Assembly: GCA_028534125.1 (NCBI GenBank)
Contig: CM052816.1
Coordinates: forward strand, 28,336,123 to 28,400,000
Direction of reading: 5' to 3'
DNA from: Lama glama
Taxonomy: Eukaryota
DNA: 63,878 bases
The translations under genes and the position numbers were made by a program. Shown one piece after another: positions 14,283-26,042 of this stretch (positions are counted from its first letter, which is position 1; each line of letters opens with the position of its first letter). The notes under the pieces are model-generated. The model saw only the letters and a program-made list of their open reading frames with translations, did no database searches and was not told the origin of the DNA.

Positions 14283-14507
14283 CAATTGACCCTTAAACAA
14301 CAGGGTTCGTTTGAACTGTGCCAGTCCACTCATACATGGATTTTTTTCAATCATAAATACTGCAATACTGCATGGCCCGAGGTTAGTTGAATCCACAGAT
14401 GTGGTACTGTGGATATGGAGGGCCAAGCATAAGTTATATGCAGACTTATGATTTCACAGAGGGTCAGTGCCCTTAACCCCTGTGTTGTATTGTTCAAGGG
14501 TCAGCTA
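14283..14507 (+). mobile_element. Tigger2-derived MITE (TcMar)
   Basis: TIRs caattgacccttaaacaa / ttgttcaagggtcagcta with TA on both sides; internal tttgaactgtgccagtccact. Confidence 0.85.
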
Positions 14508-14593
14508 TACTTCTGTCAGAATACTGCAGAAAATATTTTATGTGTGCAATGTGATCTGAAAATAGTTGGGAGTTAAAGTAGTTTTCTTCTAAG

Positions 14594-14982
14594 CGTCTTT
14601 TTGGTTTGCTAGGGCTGCCATAACAAATATCACAGACAAGTGTCTTAAAAAGCAGAACTGTGTTTCCTCACAGTCTTAGCGGTTAGAAATCTAAGATCAA
14701 GGTGTTGACCAGTGTGGTTTTCTCTTCTTGGCTGCAGATGGCTGCCTTCTCACTGTGTCTCCACATGGTCTCATAGCACACACCCCTAGTGAACCTTTCT
14801 GTGTCCAAATCTCCTCTTCTTATAAGGATACAGGTTGGTTTGGATTAGGGCTCATTCTAGTAGCCTCATGTGACTTGACCTTCATTTTAAAGGCCCTATC
14901 TCTAAATACACTCAGATTTTCTGATAGTAGGGGTTGGGTTTTCAATATATGAATTTTGAAGGAATACAGTTCAGCAATAACA
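14594..14982 (-). mobile_element. MaLR solo LTR (MLT1A/B-like)
   Basis: gtttgctagggctgccataacaaa..ctcacagtc..aagatcaaggtgttg..cttcttataaggataca..ttcagcaataaca. Confidence 0.85.
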
Positions 14983-15299
14983 GGGTCTACTGTTGATAAA
15001 CTCTTAGTATTTTACTTGAAAGTATCTTAATTTCATCCTCAGCATTAAATGATAATTCAATTGGATATAGAACTATCAGCTAGAGTTATATAATGTCTAC
15101 CATACTATATATTACACTAGATAATGTACATACTACACATATTATATAACATTAAAGGTTTCAAATTCTTTCATATATACATATATATTTAAATATATGC
15201 TGAAGTACACTTATTTAAAAATAGGCTAGAATATATTGTTATATATACATGTATATATACACATTCATGTGTATTTGTATGTATATATGTATATATTCC

Positions 15300-15900
15300 A
15301 GCATGTATTTTAAATGCCCAGGCACTTGAAGATACAAAACAATGTGAACAAGATCCATGAGAAATAAAGGGGTATAAAACAGACCACGAGAACTTACAGA
15401 TAACAGAGTTACTGGCCATATATTTCAAAATAATTATTCTTTCTGTCCAAGGTAATAAGAAATTTAAACCAAAAATAAAAAATTGTAAATAATCCAATGG
15501 ATTTTTTAAATAAAAATTAAAATATAATGACTAAAGAATTTCATAAATGTATTTACTAGCAAATTACACATGATAAGAGAATTAGTGAAATCAGATAGGT
15601 CAGATAAAATATATGAAGCAAGCATGTGGGAGAAAAAAACATGAAGTACTGGAAGGAATTTAAAGGTTAAACAGATGTGTAGGGATTCCAAAGGAAAGAA
15701 GAGAGAACTGAAGTAAAAGCAAAATTTGAATAAATAATGTCATTTATTCAAAACTGATGAAAAAATATCAGGCACCTAATTTTAGAATATTCAGGCATGA
15801 TAAACACAAACAAAACTGAACCTGAACCAACATGACAGTAAAACTACGGAATACTGAAGATAAGATAAACTCTTACAGGTAGCCAGAGAAATATGTTCAA
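15300..15900 (+). mobile_element. Old L1M ORF1-region fragment
   Basis: gaacttacagataacagagttactgg..gggattccaaaggaaagaagagagaac..agtaaaactacggaatactgaagataag. Confidence 0.6.
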
Positions 15901-15944
15901 ATGAACAAAAGAAATTTATGTTCAGTTGTTTACTTCTTACTTTC

Positions 15945-17810
15945 TAAAGTTTTACTGACAAAGAATTAACTGTGCATCACTATATAACTTTAAGGTGTAC
16001 AGCATGATGATTTGATTTTTTGATTTGCATATACTGTGAAGTGATTATCACAACAGGTTCAGCTAACATATAGATAAGATAAAAAGAAAAGAAAACATGA
16101 GGAAAAAAGGAAAAAACACTTTCTCCTTGTGATGAGAACTCTTAGGGTTAACTCTCTTAACAGCTTTCCCATCTGTCACAAAGCAGTGCTAGCTATAGTC
16201 ATCACACTGCACACTACATCCATAATACTTATCTAATAACTACAAGTTTTTACCTTTTGACCATCTTCTTCCAATTGTCCCTCTCTCTACCCTCACACAC
16301 TGGTTCCCACAATTTGACCTTTTTTTCTCTGAGGTTTTTTTTGTTTGTTTTTGTTTTAGATTCCACGTGTAAGTGAGATGACACAGTATTTGTCTCTCTC
16401 TGTCTGATTTATTTCATTTAATATAATGCCTTTAAGGTCCATTCATGTTGTCATAAATAGTAGAATCTCCTCCTTTTTATGGCTGAATAAATTTATTTAT
16501 CTATCTGTATGGAACAACTTCCTTATTTCATCTACTGATGTACACTTAGTGGTTTCCATGTCTCGGCTATTGTAAGTAATGCTGCTACAAATATGTGAGT
16601 GAAGACATCTTTCCAAATTAGCACTTTTCATTTCCTTTGCATATATTCCCAGAACTGGAATTATTAGGTAATATGATAGCTCTACTTTTAGTTGTCTGAG
16701 GATTCTTCATACTGTTTTCCAGTGGTTCTATCAATTTACAATCCCACTAAACCTTTTACTCCTCATCCTCATTTGTTATCTCTTGTCTTTGTTAAGATGG
16801 CCATTCTAATAGGTATGAGGTGATGTTTCACGTGGTTTTAATTTGCATTTCCTCACTTACTAGTAATGTTGAGCATTTTTTTTATGTATCTGTTGGTCTT
16901 TAGTATATCTTCTTTGAAGAAATGCCTATTCAGATTCCTTGCCCATTTTTCAATTGTTTGTTATTTTTGCTGCTGATTGGTATGAGTTCTTTATACATTT
17001 TAGATATTAACCTCTAATAATCTATGTGGTTTATATGTATTTTTTCCTATTCAATAGGCTATCTTATCACTTTCTTGATGTTCTTTTGCTGTGCCAAAGT
17101 TAGCATGATGTGGCCCCACTTGTTTATTTTTGATTTTGTTGCTTGTGCCCTAGGTATCACATTCATAAATTATTACAAAGACTCATGTCAAGGAGCTTTA
17201 TTCCTATATTTTTCTCCTAAAAGTTTCGTGGTTTCAGGTCTTACATTTAAGGCTTTAATTCATTTTGAGTTAATTTTTATAAGTTGTGTAAGATATGGTC
17301 CAGTTTCATCCTTTTACATGTGATTTCCAACTTTCTCAGCATCAATTATTGAGAAGACTGTCTTTTTGTTGTTCATGTCTAGAAATGCTATGGATTTTTG
17401 TATGTTATTTTGTACCCTGTAACTTTTCTGAATTCATTGATTAGATCCAATAGTTTCTTGGTTGAATCTTTAGGATATCCTATCTGCAAAATCATGTCAT
17501 CTGTAAATAGAGACAGTTCCACTTCTTCCTATTCAATTCTGATACCTTTTATTTTTTTCTCTGACTCATTACTCAAGCTAGGACTTCTAGTACTATGTTG
17601 AGTAAGAGCTGTGAGAGTGGGCTCCCCTGCTTTGTTCCTGATCTTAGAGGAAAAGCTTTCAGTCTTTCACTGAGAATTTGTTATAGATGGGCTTTATTAT
17701 GTTAATATGTTCCTTCTATGCCTAACTTGTTAAGAGTTTTTTAATCATGACTGGATATTGAATTTTGTCAAATGTGCTCTCTGTATCTATTAAGATGATC
17801 ATATAATTAT
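15945..17810 (-). mobile_element. L1 (L1MA/cetartiodactyl) 3' UTR plus ORF2 fragments
   Basis: ttagattccacgtgtaagtgagatg..ggtttccatgtctcggctattgtaagtaatgctg..ttgttcctgatcttagaggaaaagctttcag, antisense ORF2. Confidence 0.9.
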
Positions 17811-17869
17811 TGTATCAAGTTCAAGATCAGGTCAGAGGAGATAGGAAATAGATATAGAGTAAGATCACT

Positions 17870-18350
17870 TGTAGCAGTCATTCCACCTAAGAAAAAACAG
17901 CTGGAGAGTGGATAAATAATTGGTGGTGCATTTATATGCTATCATAATATACAATATAACCATAAATAAATCATGCCTTCACACATCAGAGTGGATGAAT
18001 CTCAGGAATAGAAGGGTGAGAGAAAAAAGCAAGTTGGAAGATACAACATGATTCCATTTTTGTGAACTTCAAAACCATGCAAAACCAAGTAATATTCTGT
18101 TTAAAGATACAACCATATGTGGCAATGTTTCAAAAAGTATTAGATGATATACTTAGTGAGTTTTTAATCTGTGAGCAGAGAAGGATGGGATCTGGAATAA
18201 GCCCTCACAGACCTCAAAGATTTGGACAGTTTTTCATGTTTTTGTCTTTTTTTGTCTTAAGGTAGGTAGTGAATAAATGTTTGTACTGTTATTCTTCATA
18301 CTGAATTATATGTTATAAATATTAATTTGTATATATTCAATTTTTGTAAT
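17870..18350 (+). mobile_element. L1ME-type 3' end
   Basis: gtggataaataattggtggtgcatt..tggatgaatctcaggaata..atgattccatttt. Confidence 0.6.
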
Positions 18351-20164
18351 AGTTCTCCAAAACAGCAAAAGCAAACATTAAGGATAATCTTAACTAGAAA
18401 ATATCACGTAGGTTTTTAAAAATCATTGGAAAAGAGAGGAAGGTCAAAGAACTGAATCCAAATTCAAGAAAAGGAAATCTAAAGCACGAATATATAAATA
18501 AGGTCTCTCTTCTCCCTGGCAAGTAGGAAAGGAAAGTACACGTTTGGAGAAGGGAACAGCTGCCAATGAACAGCAAGGAAACAAGTGGCTTTAATGTCCA
18601 GTGGAGGAAGCCAAAGATGTGAGATAAGCCTGAAAATAGAGATGGCAACCCAAAGGGATTGCAGTGCTCGGTTTATGAGTTTGCGAGGTTTGTTTCTGTT
18701 TTCTTTTAAAGTAAGACACACGGGAAGTCTGTTAAGATTTTTTAAATAGTATATCCTCAACAGATTATGTATGAAAGCCAATTAGTTGTCCTGGTGAGGA
18801 AGAATTGGTAAGAGAAGTTAAGAAACAGAACAGTGAGGGGGCTCAGAATCATTTTGACCTGACATGTTTTTCACACTTAATGCAAGCACTGTTCTCTAGC
18901 ATTTATGTTTGGATATTCTATAGAAAATGCAATTCTGCAGTATCACTTGCTGAATACCATGGCTCTATGGCTCGAGGCACTTCCTCTGCATCTTAAATTC
19001 TTGCAGTCTAAAATGTCTACTGTAGTTAAAAAAAAAAACTGCTGGTTTCTTTCTTCAGAAAGCACAGAGGAAAAAAAAAAGCTAAGATAAACAAAACAAA
19101 AATCAGGTAAAAAAAAGGAGAATGAGTAATAGATACACAGTAGAGAGGGCAAGAACAAGGCTGGGAACTAAAAAACCTAGCTCAGAAAGGCTGACTGGCC
19201 TTAAGCAAAGCATTTAACCTTTGTTGTACTCAATTTCCTCATCTGTAAAAATAGAAGTTCACCTTGATGACATAAAATGCCTCCAGAAAAACAAATGGGT
19301 GGCATGATTCTATTAAATGATTCTATTAAAAAGATACAAAGTCATTCTTGGGGAGCTATCCTTGGCTTAAGATACTAAAGCAAGTGTTAAAATAATGCTA
19401 AAAATATATTATACAATTATATATATATATGAATTTCAACTTTAGTTTCATAGTCTTATATTTTTTCAGGGGCTTAATTTGGATCTAGAAACAAAATGAA
19501 ACATTAATAACTGCCCCAACCTCTTGGCAAGTTATTATTTTGTGACAGAGAGCAAGAGGAGGAATGCAATGATCTGCCCAGAACTGCTCCTCATTACATA
19601 TTGTTTTTCAGACAAGAATTCAATAATATCTTTTCCATCTTATGTATTAAAATGGTGGCATTTTTCTTAAAATGCACTGGGCTTTTAATTCTACAAAGAG
19701 TGGTATACTTAAGATGCCAACTATTTTAAATATAATAGTCATTTTGATAAGCAACAAAGCAACTAAAAGACTTTATTCTTAAAAAAATACAAATCAATCA
19801 AAATGAACACCATTAATAAAATGATAATGGAAAAAATTACTGTCAGAGCTATCACCATTATAAAGGCTTGTAAAGTAAGAAAGCTATCTTGAGAAGCATC
19901 TATTAAATTAATTTATTTTATCTTTTCAACTCTAAAGCAGAAAAAATATTGCTTGATTGGTCTGGTGTGTTTTTTGCTTTTGTATTTTATGTGTTCTTAC
20001 TATCTCAAAGTTCTCTTTTGTACTGGTATCTTGCTAATAAGATTAAAACTTAAAATTGCTTTTAATTGCAATTTTAACTGCTTATAATTGCAGAAACACT
20101 TAACATTGCAAAATAAAACTTAATTGCTAATAAAGTAAAAATGGCAAGTGTGATTTAAAATAGC

Positions 20165-20890
20165 TAATATTTGAGGTAGCTTATTTGTTGCAGTCATTTA
20201 GGTACATTATTAATAATTAGTGACAAATTTTCTCTCCTTGAAAAAACTCCAGCTAGGCTTATGACTCCTTTCTCAACTAGGCTTCACCTTTGATCTAGTA
20301 AGACTTGAACAAAGACCAATATAGTTTCTAACAGCTCAAGGTCATATCCCTAGGATGATCTTAGTCCCACTAACAGTGCATGCTGCAAAAACTCAAAGTT
20401 GCCAACGGAATTTACTGTACGTTCTAGCCAATACCTGAAGATAGGGCTCCTGTCTCCCAGTTTCCATGGAAGGTTAAGAGCCTAACTTCTAAAAGCTTCG
20501 GTTAGCAAACCCAAATTGGTTTCCTATAGACCAACTCCCCTTTCAGTTTTTTGTAATTTTCCACTTCCCACCCTCTACCGAGCCCTGCTTATGCCCCCTC
20601 CCTATTGCCCTATTCTAGCTTTAAAATGCTGGGTCACCTCTACCAATTAAAGTTGAGTTCAATTCATGCTAGATTTTTTTTTTCTATTTCCCTATAGCTG
20701 ATTAAAACCTGTCCTTACCACTTTAACTGGTGTCCAATATAGTTTATTTCTGACCTAATAAATTCTTATTTACTGATGAAGAAATTGGGCCATAAAAGTA
20801 ACTTACTTCACAAGATAACAAAATTAGTACATGGTAAAACCATAATTTTAATCCAGGCAGTTTGATAACCACTGTTCATTACCTTGCTAC
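20165..20890 (-). mobile_element. MIR split by an ERV1 LTR
   Basis: gctaatatttgagg..(LTR)..ttatttactgatgaagaaattggg..agtaacttacttcacaagataaca..atccaggcagtttga. Confidence 0.55.
20221..20755 (+). mobile_element. ERV1-class solo LTR (MER31/MER67-like)
   Basis: Starts tgacaaattttctctccttg; tttaaaa TATA-like box; attaaa poly(A) signal at 20701; ends tttctgacc. Confidence 0.7.
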
Positions 20891-21259
20891 TCATTTGGAC
20901 AAATATGTTTGTCTTTTCTTAGAAACTGAGGGGAAAAAAATCTTATCTTGAAGGTTAATCAGTGATACAACACTTAAAGGGTAAGATATAGGTTTTTGAA
21001 AATCCATTTTCAATTAGTATTCAAAATTGAGAAATCTAACTTCTGTTAAAAACTGCATTAAAATAGTTGAATTCATAAAAGAAACTAAAAAAGTCTAAAA
21101 ATAGATTTATGTAAAATATAAAGACAATATGTTAAATAAAAAGAATACTGAATTTCTTGCTTCTGAATTTATTAATGAAATTGATAATTATACAAAAAGA
21201 TTTTTCTGTAGAATTTCAACTTAATGTTTACAAATTCCTTCAGCAGAAGCTATAAACTG

Positions 21260-21390
21260 AAACAGTACAGGCTTGGGAATCATAGAGACTAAAGTTCTAA
21301 TCACAGTCCTACATTTATTGATTATGTAACCTGAGCAAATTACTTAGTTCTCTGAGCTTCAGTTTCTTCAGCTACATAATAAAGACAACA
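21260..21390 (+). mobile_element. MIR fragment
   Basis: tatgtaacctgagcaaattacttagttctctgagcttcagtttcttca. Confidence 0.7.
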
Positions 21391-21391
21391 T

Positions 21392-21900
21392 TGTGGCAGA
21401 CAGAATTCTAAGATGGTCAACAAGATCTCTGGTCCTTTCTGTACATGGCCTATATGTTTTTTTGTTGTTATTGAGTATGTGTGGGACCTATAAATATGAT
21501 GCACTCTCATCATTAGGTTCCATTATATGGTAAAATGATATTTTGCAGATATAAATTCCCTAATCAGCTGACTTTGACTTAATCAAAAAAGATACTATCC
21601 TAAGTAAGCTGATAAGCTCTTAAAAGAGGGTTTAGATGTCAGAGAGATGTACTTCTGCTAGCTTAAAAGGAGTAAATTGCTGTGTTGTGAAATGGTAATA
21701 AGGAGGTGGCCTCTTGGAGTTGAATGCAGCCTCCAGCTGTCATCCAGCAAGAAATGAGAACCTCACATACAACCACAGGAACTGAATTCTGCCCATAATC
21801 TGAATCAGAATGCAAGAGGACCTCTAGCTTCAAAAGAGGTCCCATCCCTGACCGACAACTTGATTTTAGCCTGGTGAAACCCTGAGCACAGGACACAGCT
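21392..21900 (+). mobile_element. MaLR LTR (MLT1E/F-like)
   Basis: tgtggcagacagaattctaagatgg..ttttgcagatat..cctaatcagctgacttt..aggaactgaattctgcc..ttgattttagcctggtgaaaccctgagca. Confidence 0.85.
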
Positions 21901-22244
21901 AACTCATACTAATTCTTCTCTGGATGGCTGAATCACTTCTCTGGGTAACGCAATCCCAGATTAGGAAGCCTAAGTTCTTTCAAAATATGTTAGGTTTTCC
22001 CTTGTAAATGAGTCAAGAAGGAAATGATACGGTCCCACTTGATTCACTACCACTTTTTTTTATTATTATTTTCAAGAGTATTTAAGGAAAAATAAACCTT
22101 CACAATTACCCTAAATTCCTTCTTTTCTATTTTTTTCTATTCCAAATTTTCAAATCCAATTCATAAATATGGAATAAAGTCTCATATTCAGTCAACATCT
22201 TTCTAAGATTAGTTCAGCAGATGGATCATCTTTGCTGTATGGCA

Positions 22245-22765
22245 GCTATTCAGCTAGAGTCTCTCAGTTACAAGTAAAAGAATATTTGACTAAGGTGGTT
22301 TAAGGGATAATATTTCTTTATTCAATACAAAAAAAAAAGTCCACAATAAACTTTGACTTAGCAGTTGGGTAACTAGAATCTAGATTCTTCCTGATTTCTG
22401 TTCTACTATTAAGAGGTGTTGGTGATGGGTTTTCTTACCACAAGATGGCTGGTGTAGTGCCAACCATCATATTTTTAATAACACTCCAGGGAGGAAGGAA
22501 ACGAATGATGTCATACAGGCCCCTTACCTTACGCCATCCTTCCTTTTATTCATAGGTTAAACCTTAACAAAAAGTACTCCAGCAAGACTCCTTTTTGGCT
22601 ACCATGGGTTCCATGACTGTTAGGAAAGGAGAATGGGATTGCTATGGTTGGCACAGACCAACACAATATATGATGATGGACACACTGCCATTCAAATACA
22701 CTAAGATGTCTTAACATGGATAGGCAGAGAAACAGCTGCTGGATGGCCTAGTAACAATGACTACC
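22245..22765 (-). mobile_element. Old MaLR LTR (MLT1J/K-like)
   Basis: tctcagttacaagtaaaagaat..gtggtttaag..cacaagatggctggtgtag..gaatgggattgctatggttggcacagacca. Confidence 0.6.
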
Positions 22766-22769
22766 TTAC

Positions 22770-24120
22770 CAAGGATCTTTTCTCAATATTGTGCAAGTTG
22801 AGGCTGCTTTTGGTGACTGTCTTACACTAAGTCTTGGGACAAATTCCATAAAATCCTACACTATGGATTAAGAAATTGTTTAACTGTAAAAAGGGTAAAT
22901 GTGCAACTCTATGAGCTTTCAAGAGAAGGTAATTATCCTCTATCTTTCAATTATTCCACATAAAACGGTCCTAGGGCCTGGGAGATGTGCCAGAACAAAG
23001 TGCAGGTTTCTGTCTCAGTTAAGGGACCCCATTCCTCTATTACTTTTCATTCTTATCAGTTAAAAGATGCAGAAGTGCCTTGGGCACAAAGATTTTGGTG
23101 CTCTATTTTTATAGGAGCTTTATGGAAATGATAGCACCCCAAAACCTGTAAACAATGGTTCTATTAAAAAATTGTTATCTTTTTGCCAAGAAGAGAATGT
23201 CAGTATTACTATGGAAAATTTTGGGGGGTACAGTTCTTTCCACTGGAGTTGAGTGGACCTGTTCTAGCTGGCTTATTTCCCAGACAATCCAGAATAAAAA
23301 CATATAATCTTCACAGAAAATTTTTCCCCAGAGTGTCATCAAATATAAATTTTCCATTGTGGGAATTATCCTGTTCACATGCTGAATAGGAAGACAGTGA
23401 TATTATCTGTCATTCCTTCATCCTAATGTATTCCCTGTTTGACTCTAGCATCCAATTAATTGGAGTTTATCATTGTCCTTGGGAGTGAGTCAAATTGGTC
23501 AATTTTTTGTTTTGTTTTGGTGTTGCACAGTAAGTTCTGTGGGGATAACAGAGTTAAATTTTGTCATCACCACTGACATCTAAGAACAAGGGAGAGTGAG
23601 TGGACAACCACCCAAGGAAAGCCAATCTCTACTTGGGCTCTTTTAGATACAACCTACCATTTTCCCACAAAGGTCAAAGCAATACAACAAGACATCTATT
23701 GTCTCTTCTTATCCCTTACTCATGGACTTCAAGTATCTGGGAGCCCTGCAAAGACAGAGCTTTAGCTGCTTCCTCAAGGAAGGCCTTCAAGTGACAGAAA
23801 TAATTTGATACATCTCATAATTCCACCTGTTGGTGCCCACAAAACTACTGTTGCTGATACAGGGAATGATTTTCTCAAGTGACAATTAGTGTTGCTGGTT
23901 TCAAACACTGATGACAGTGGTGTCTGTGTAGATCAGGGTCACCCCTACCCTCCTAAAGCATTGTAGGTGCTGATGGTGATCCCAGTTTCTGAGATGCTGA
24001 TGGTCACATTCCAGCTAGACATGAGTTTCAGGTGCTGATTTCTCCACACAGTGACTCCATTTGCTACTGAATCTCCTCAGGCAAATGCTACAAATTCACT
24101 GATGCCTTTAGTCCTAAATC
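22770..24120 (-). pseudogene. Decayed Ty3/Gypsy (sushi-ichi / PEG10-RTL-like) gag-protease-RT-RNase H relic
   Basis: Manual minus-strand translation gives collinear motifs: IQ*QMESLCGEIST (coiled coil), GDPD-x7-QC, T*ENHSLYQQ..HQQVEL, RRDNRCL[+4 nt]YC-x4-G-x4-C, LGWLSTHSP, IDQFDSL..LDAR..IRMKE..TVF, YVFILDCL, SQLEQVH, VLAH..PFYVE, LHIYPFYS*TIS, KAA; many stops and frameshifts. Confidence 0.7.
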
Positions 24121-24591
24121 TCTTTAATTCTTATTCTTTTTTCCTACCACCTTATGATTTTGCCGTATTGGGCAGGAAGCTAATTTGAGTGAAATTACTT
24201 TACTATATTAGTAATACTTTTTCTGTATCAATGACCTATCTGCTGCAATTTGCTTCCCTTGTAATTCTTTCCTAGAACTCTCTTCATTCTCCCCCAGAAA
24301 TTGATTAATGCCTGCCCTGAAATACTCATTTTTCAGGCATGCCTCAAAGCTGGGAGGAAAACAGCATAGGTTCAAGCTGATGACCGCCTACCTTCCACTC
24401 CCAACACTGGAGTCTGAAATATTCACCCCTTTGTAATATTTGCTATTTTTCATCAGTTTCCCTATGTTGTCAGTAAATTTCCTTAGGAGTAAATAAGCCC
24501 AAATGACTATTTCTAAGAACATCAATCAAAGAATAACTTACTCTCTCATACGTATTTCTTTATTGCTTAAAAGCTTAGAGTACATCCTTAC

Positions 24592-25036
24592 TATGACCAT
24601 CTCCAGCTCCATCCATGTTGCTGAAAATAGCATTATTTTATTCTTTTTATGGCTGAGTAGTATTCCATAGCATATAAAAGAGAAAAAATCATGTATCACT
24701 TACATGTGGAATCTAAAAATATGAGACTAATGAACTTATTGACAAAACATAAGACTCACTGACATAGAAAACAAACTTGTGGTTATCAGGGAAGAAGGAG
24801 GGGGTGTGGAGAGATAAATTGAGAGTTTGGGATTCGCAGATAGTACCTACTATATATAAAATAGATAAACTGCAAGGTCCTACTGTATACAACAGGGATC
24901 TATATTCAATAACTTGTAATAGCAAATAATGAAAAAGAAAATGAAAAGGAATATATATAACTGAATCACTATGCTGTAACCAAAAATTAACACAACATTG
25001 TAAACTGACTACTTCAACAAAAAAAGTATAAAAAAA
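24592..25036 (+). mobile_element. 5'-inverted (twin-primed) L1 3' end with TSD
   Basis: 24592-~24672 is antisense L1 (ccatccatgttgctgaaaatagcatt..tggctgagtagtattcca), then a sense 3' UTR and A tail; TSD agagtacatccttac (24577-24591) / agagtacaccttgc (25037-25050). Confidence 0.85.
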
Positions 25037-26042
25037 AGAGTACACCTTGCTTCTATACTTACCCAAAATATAAAAAATGAACAAAAACAAAGATAAAACT
25101 GTTAGAAATATGGAGGAAATTTATCTTCAGGAGATAAGCAGACTGATGACAGATGCTGAGTGAAAAAAATAGGAGGCTGAACATTGGGACTGAATGCGGA
25201 GATCCCCTACGAGACCTGAGCAGAAGTCTGCAGTGGGTCCCCAGAAACAACCCTGCATACCCCGCCACAACTTCTCACCACCTCTTCACACTCTGCAGAT
25301 TTAAGTTCCTATGTTCTGCATCTAGAAAGGATTAATTCTTTCCCTCTTTTCTGTTTAAACAAAGGGCCTGCATTTGTGTGAACTCTGAAACCATATTTAC
25401 GAAGAAGAGAATATAGTACTCCAACCTCCTGTAAGAGTGGCCTTTAATATTGCCTCTGGAACAATATGTTCAGTGAGATTAACATATAAAAAACACAGAA
25501 TAGCAAACTGACCTGAGTCTTCTGTCCTTTGGTGAAACCCTGTTTGCCCTGGGCAACTTGAAAAACATTAAGAAAGAAAATGTGGAAAAGAGGATCTGCC
25601 AACCAAATGGAAATTGGAAGAAAATCACAACATGCTAGAGCTAAAGCAATCATATGTTGCACTAATGTCCTCAATTCTTTACCCTTCCCTTATTCATATT
25701 CTTTACATATGAGTTGGCAATATCTTCTCCCATGAAAGCGAAAGCACCATCCCTTGCTTTGGGGTTTGCTACATGATCCGCTTTGGTTCATGGAGTGTTA
25801 ACAGAAAACATATTTGTGCTGCTGTGTCTGCTCTCTTTCACATCTGCTGGAGCAGGAGGATATGCCTGAGCTGGCTGAGGAGGAGGTATAGAGACATGTG
25901 GGGCTGCACCAGCCACAGATGTACTGAGCCTAGAAAAGGAGAGCCTCAGGGGACCTTCAGATTGGTGTAGATGCACACTACTATACGATACTGAGATGAT
26001 GTGGCTGATTATGGCCTAAAATTAGCTGATATCAGGCCCAAT

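Noticed and set aside
19306..19332. Short tandem duplication atgattctattaa x2 (similar ones at ~36412, ~45940, ~60765)
   Set aside because: Ordinary slippage duplications with no array structure
24713..25090. 125-aa minus ORF
   Set aside because: Antisense reading of an L1 3' UTR
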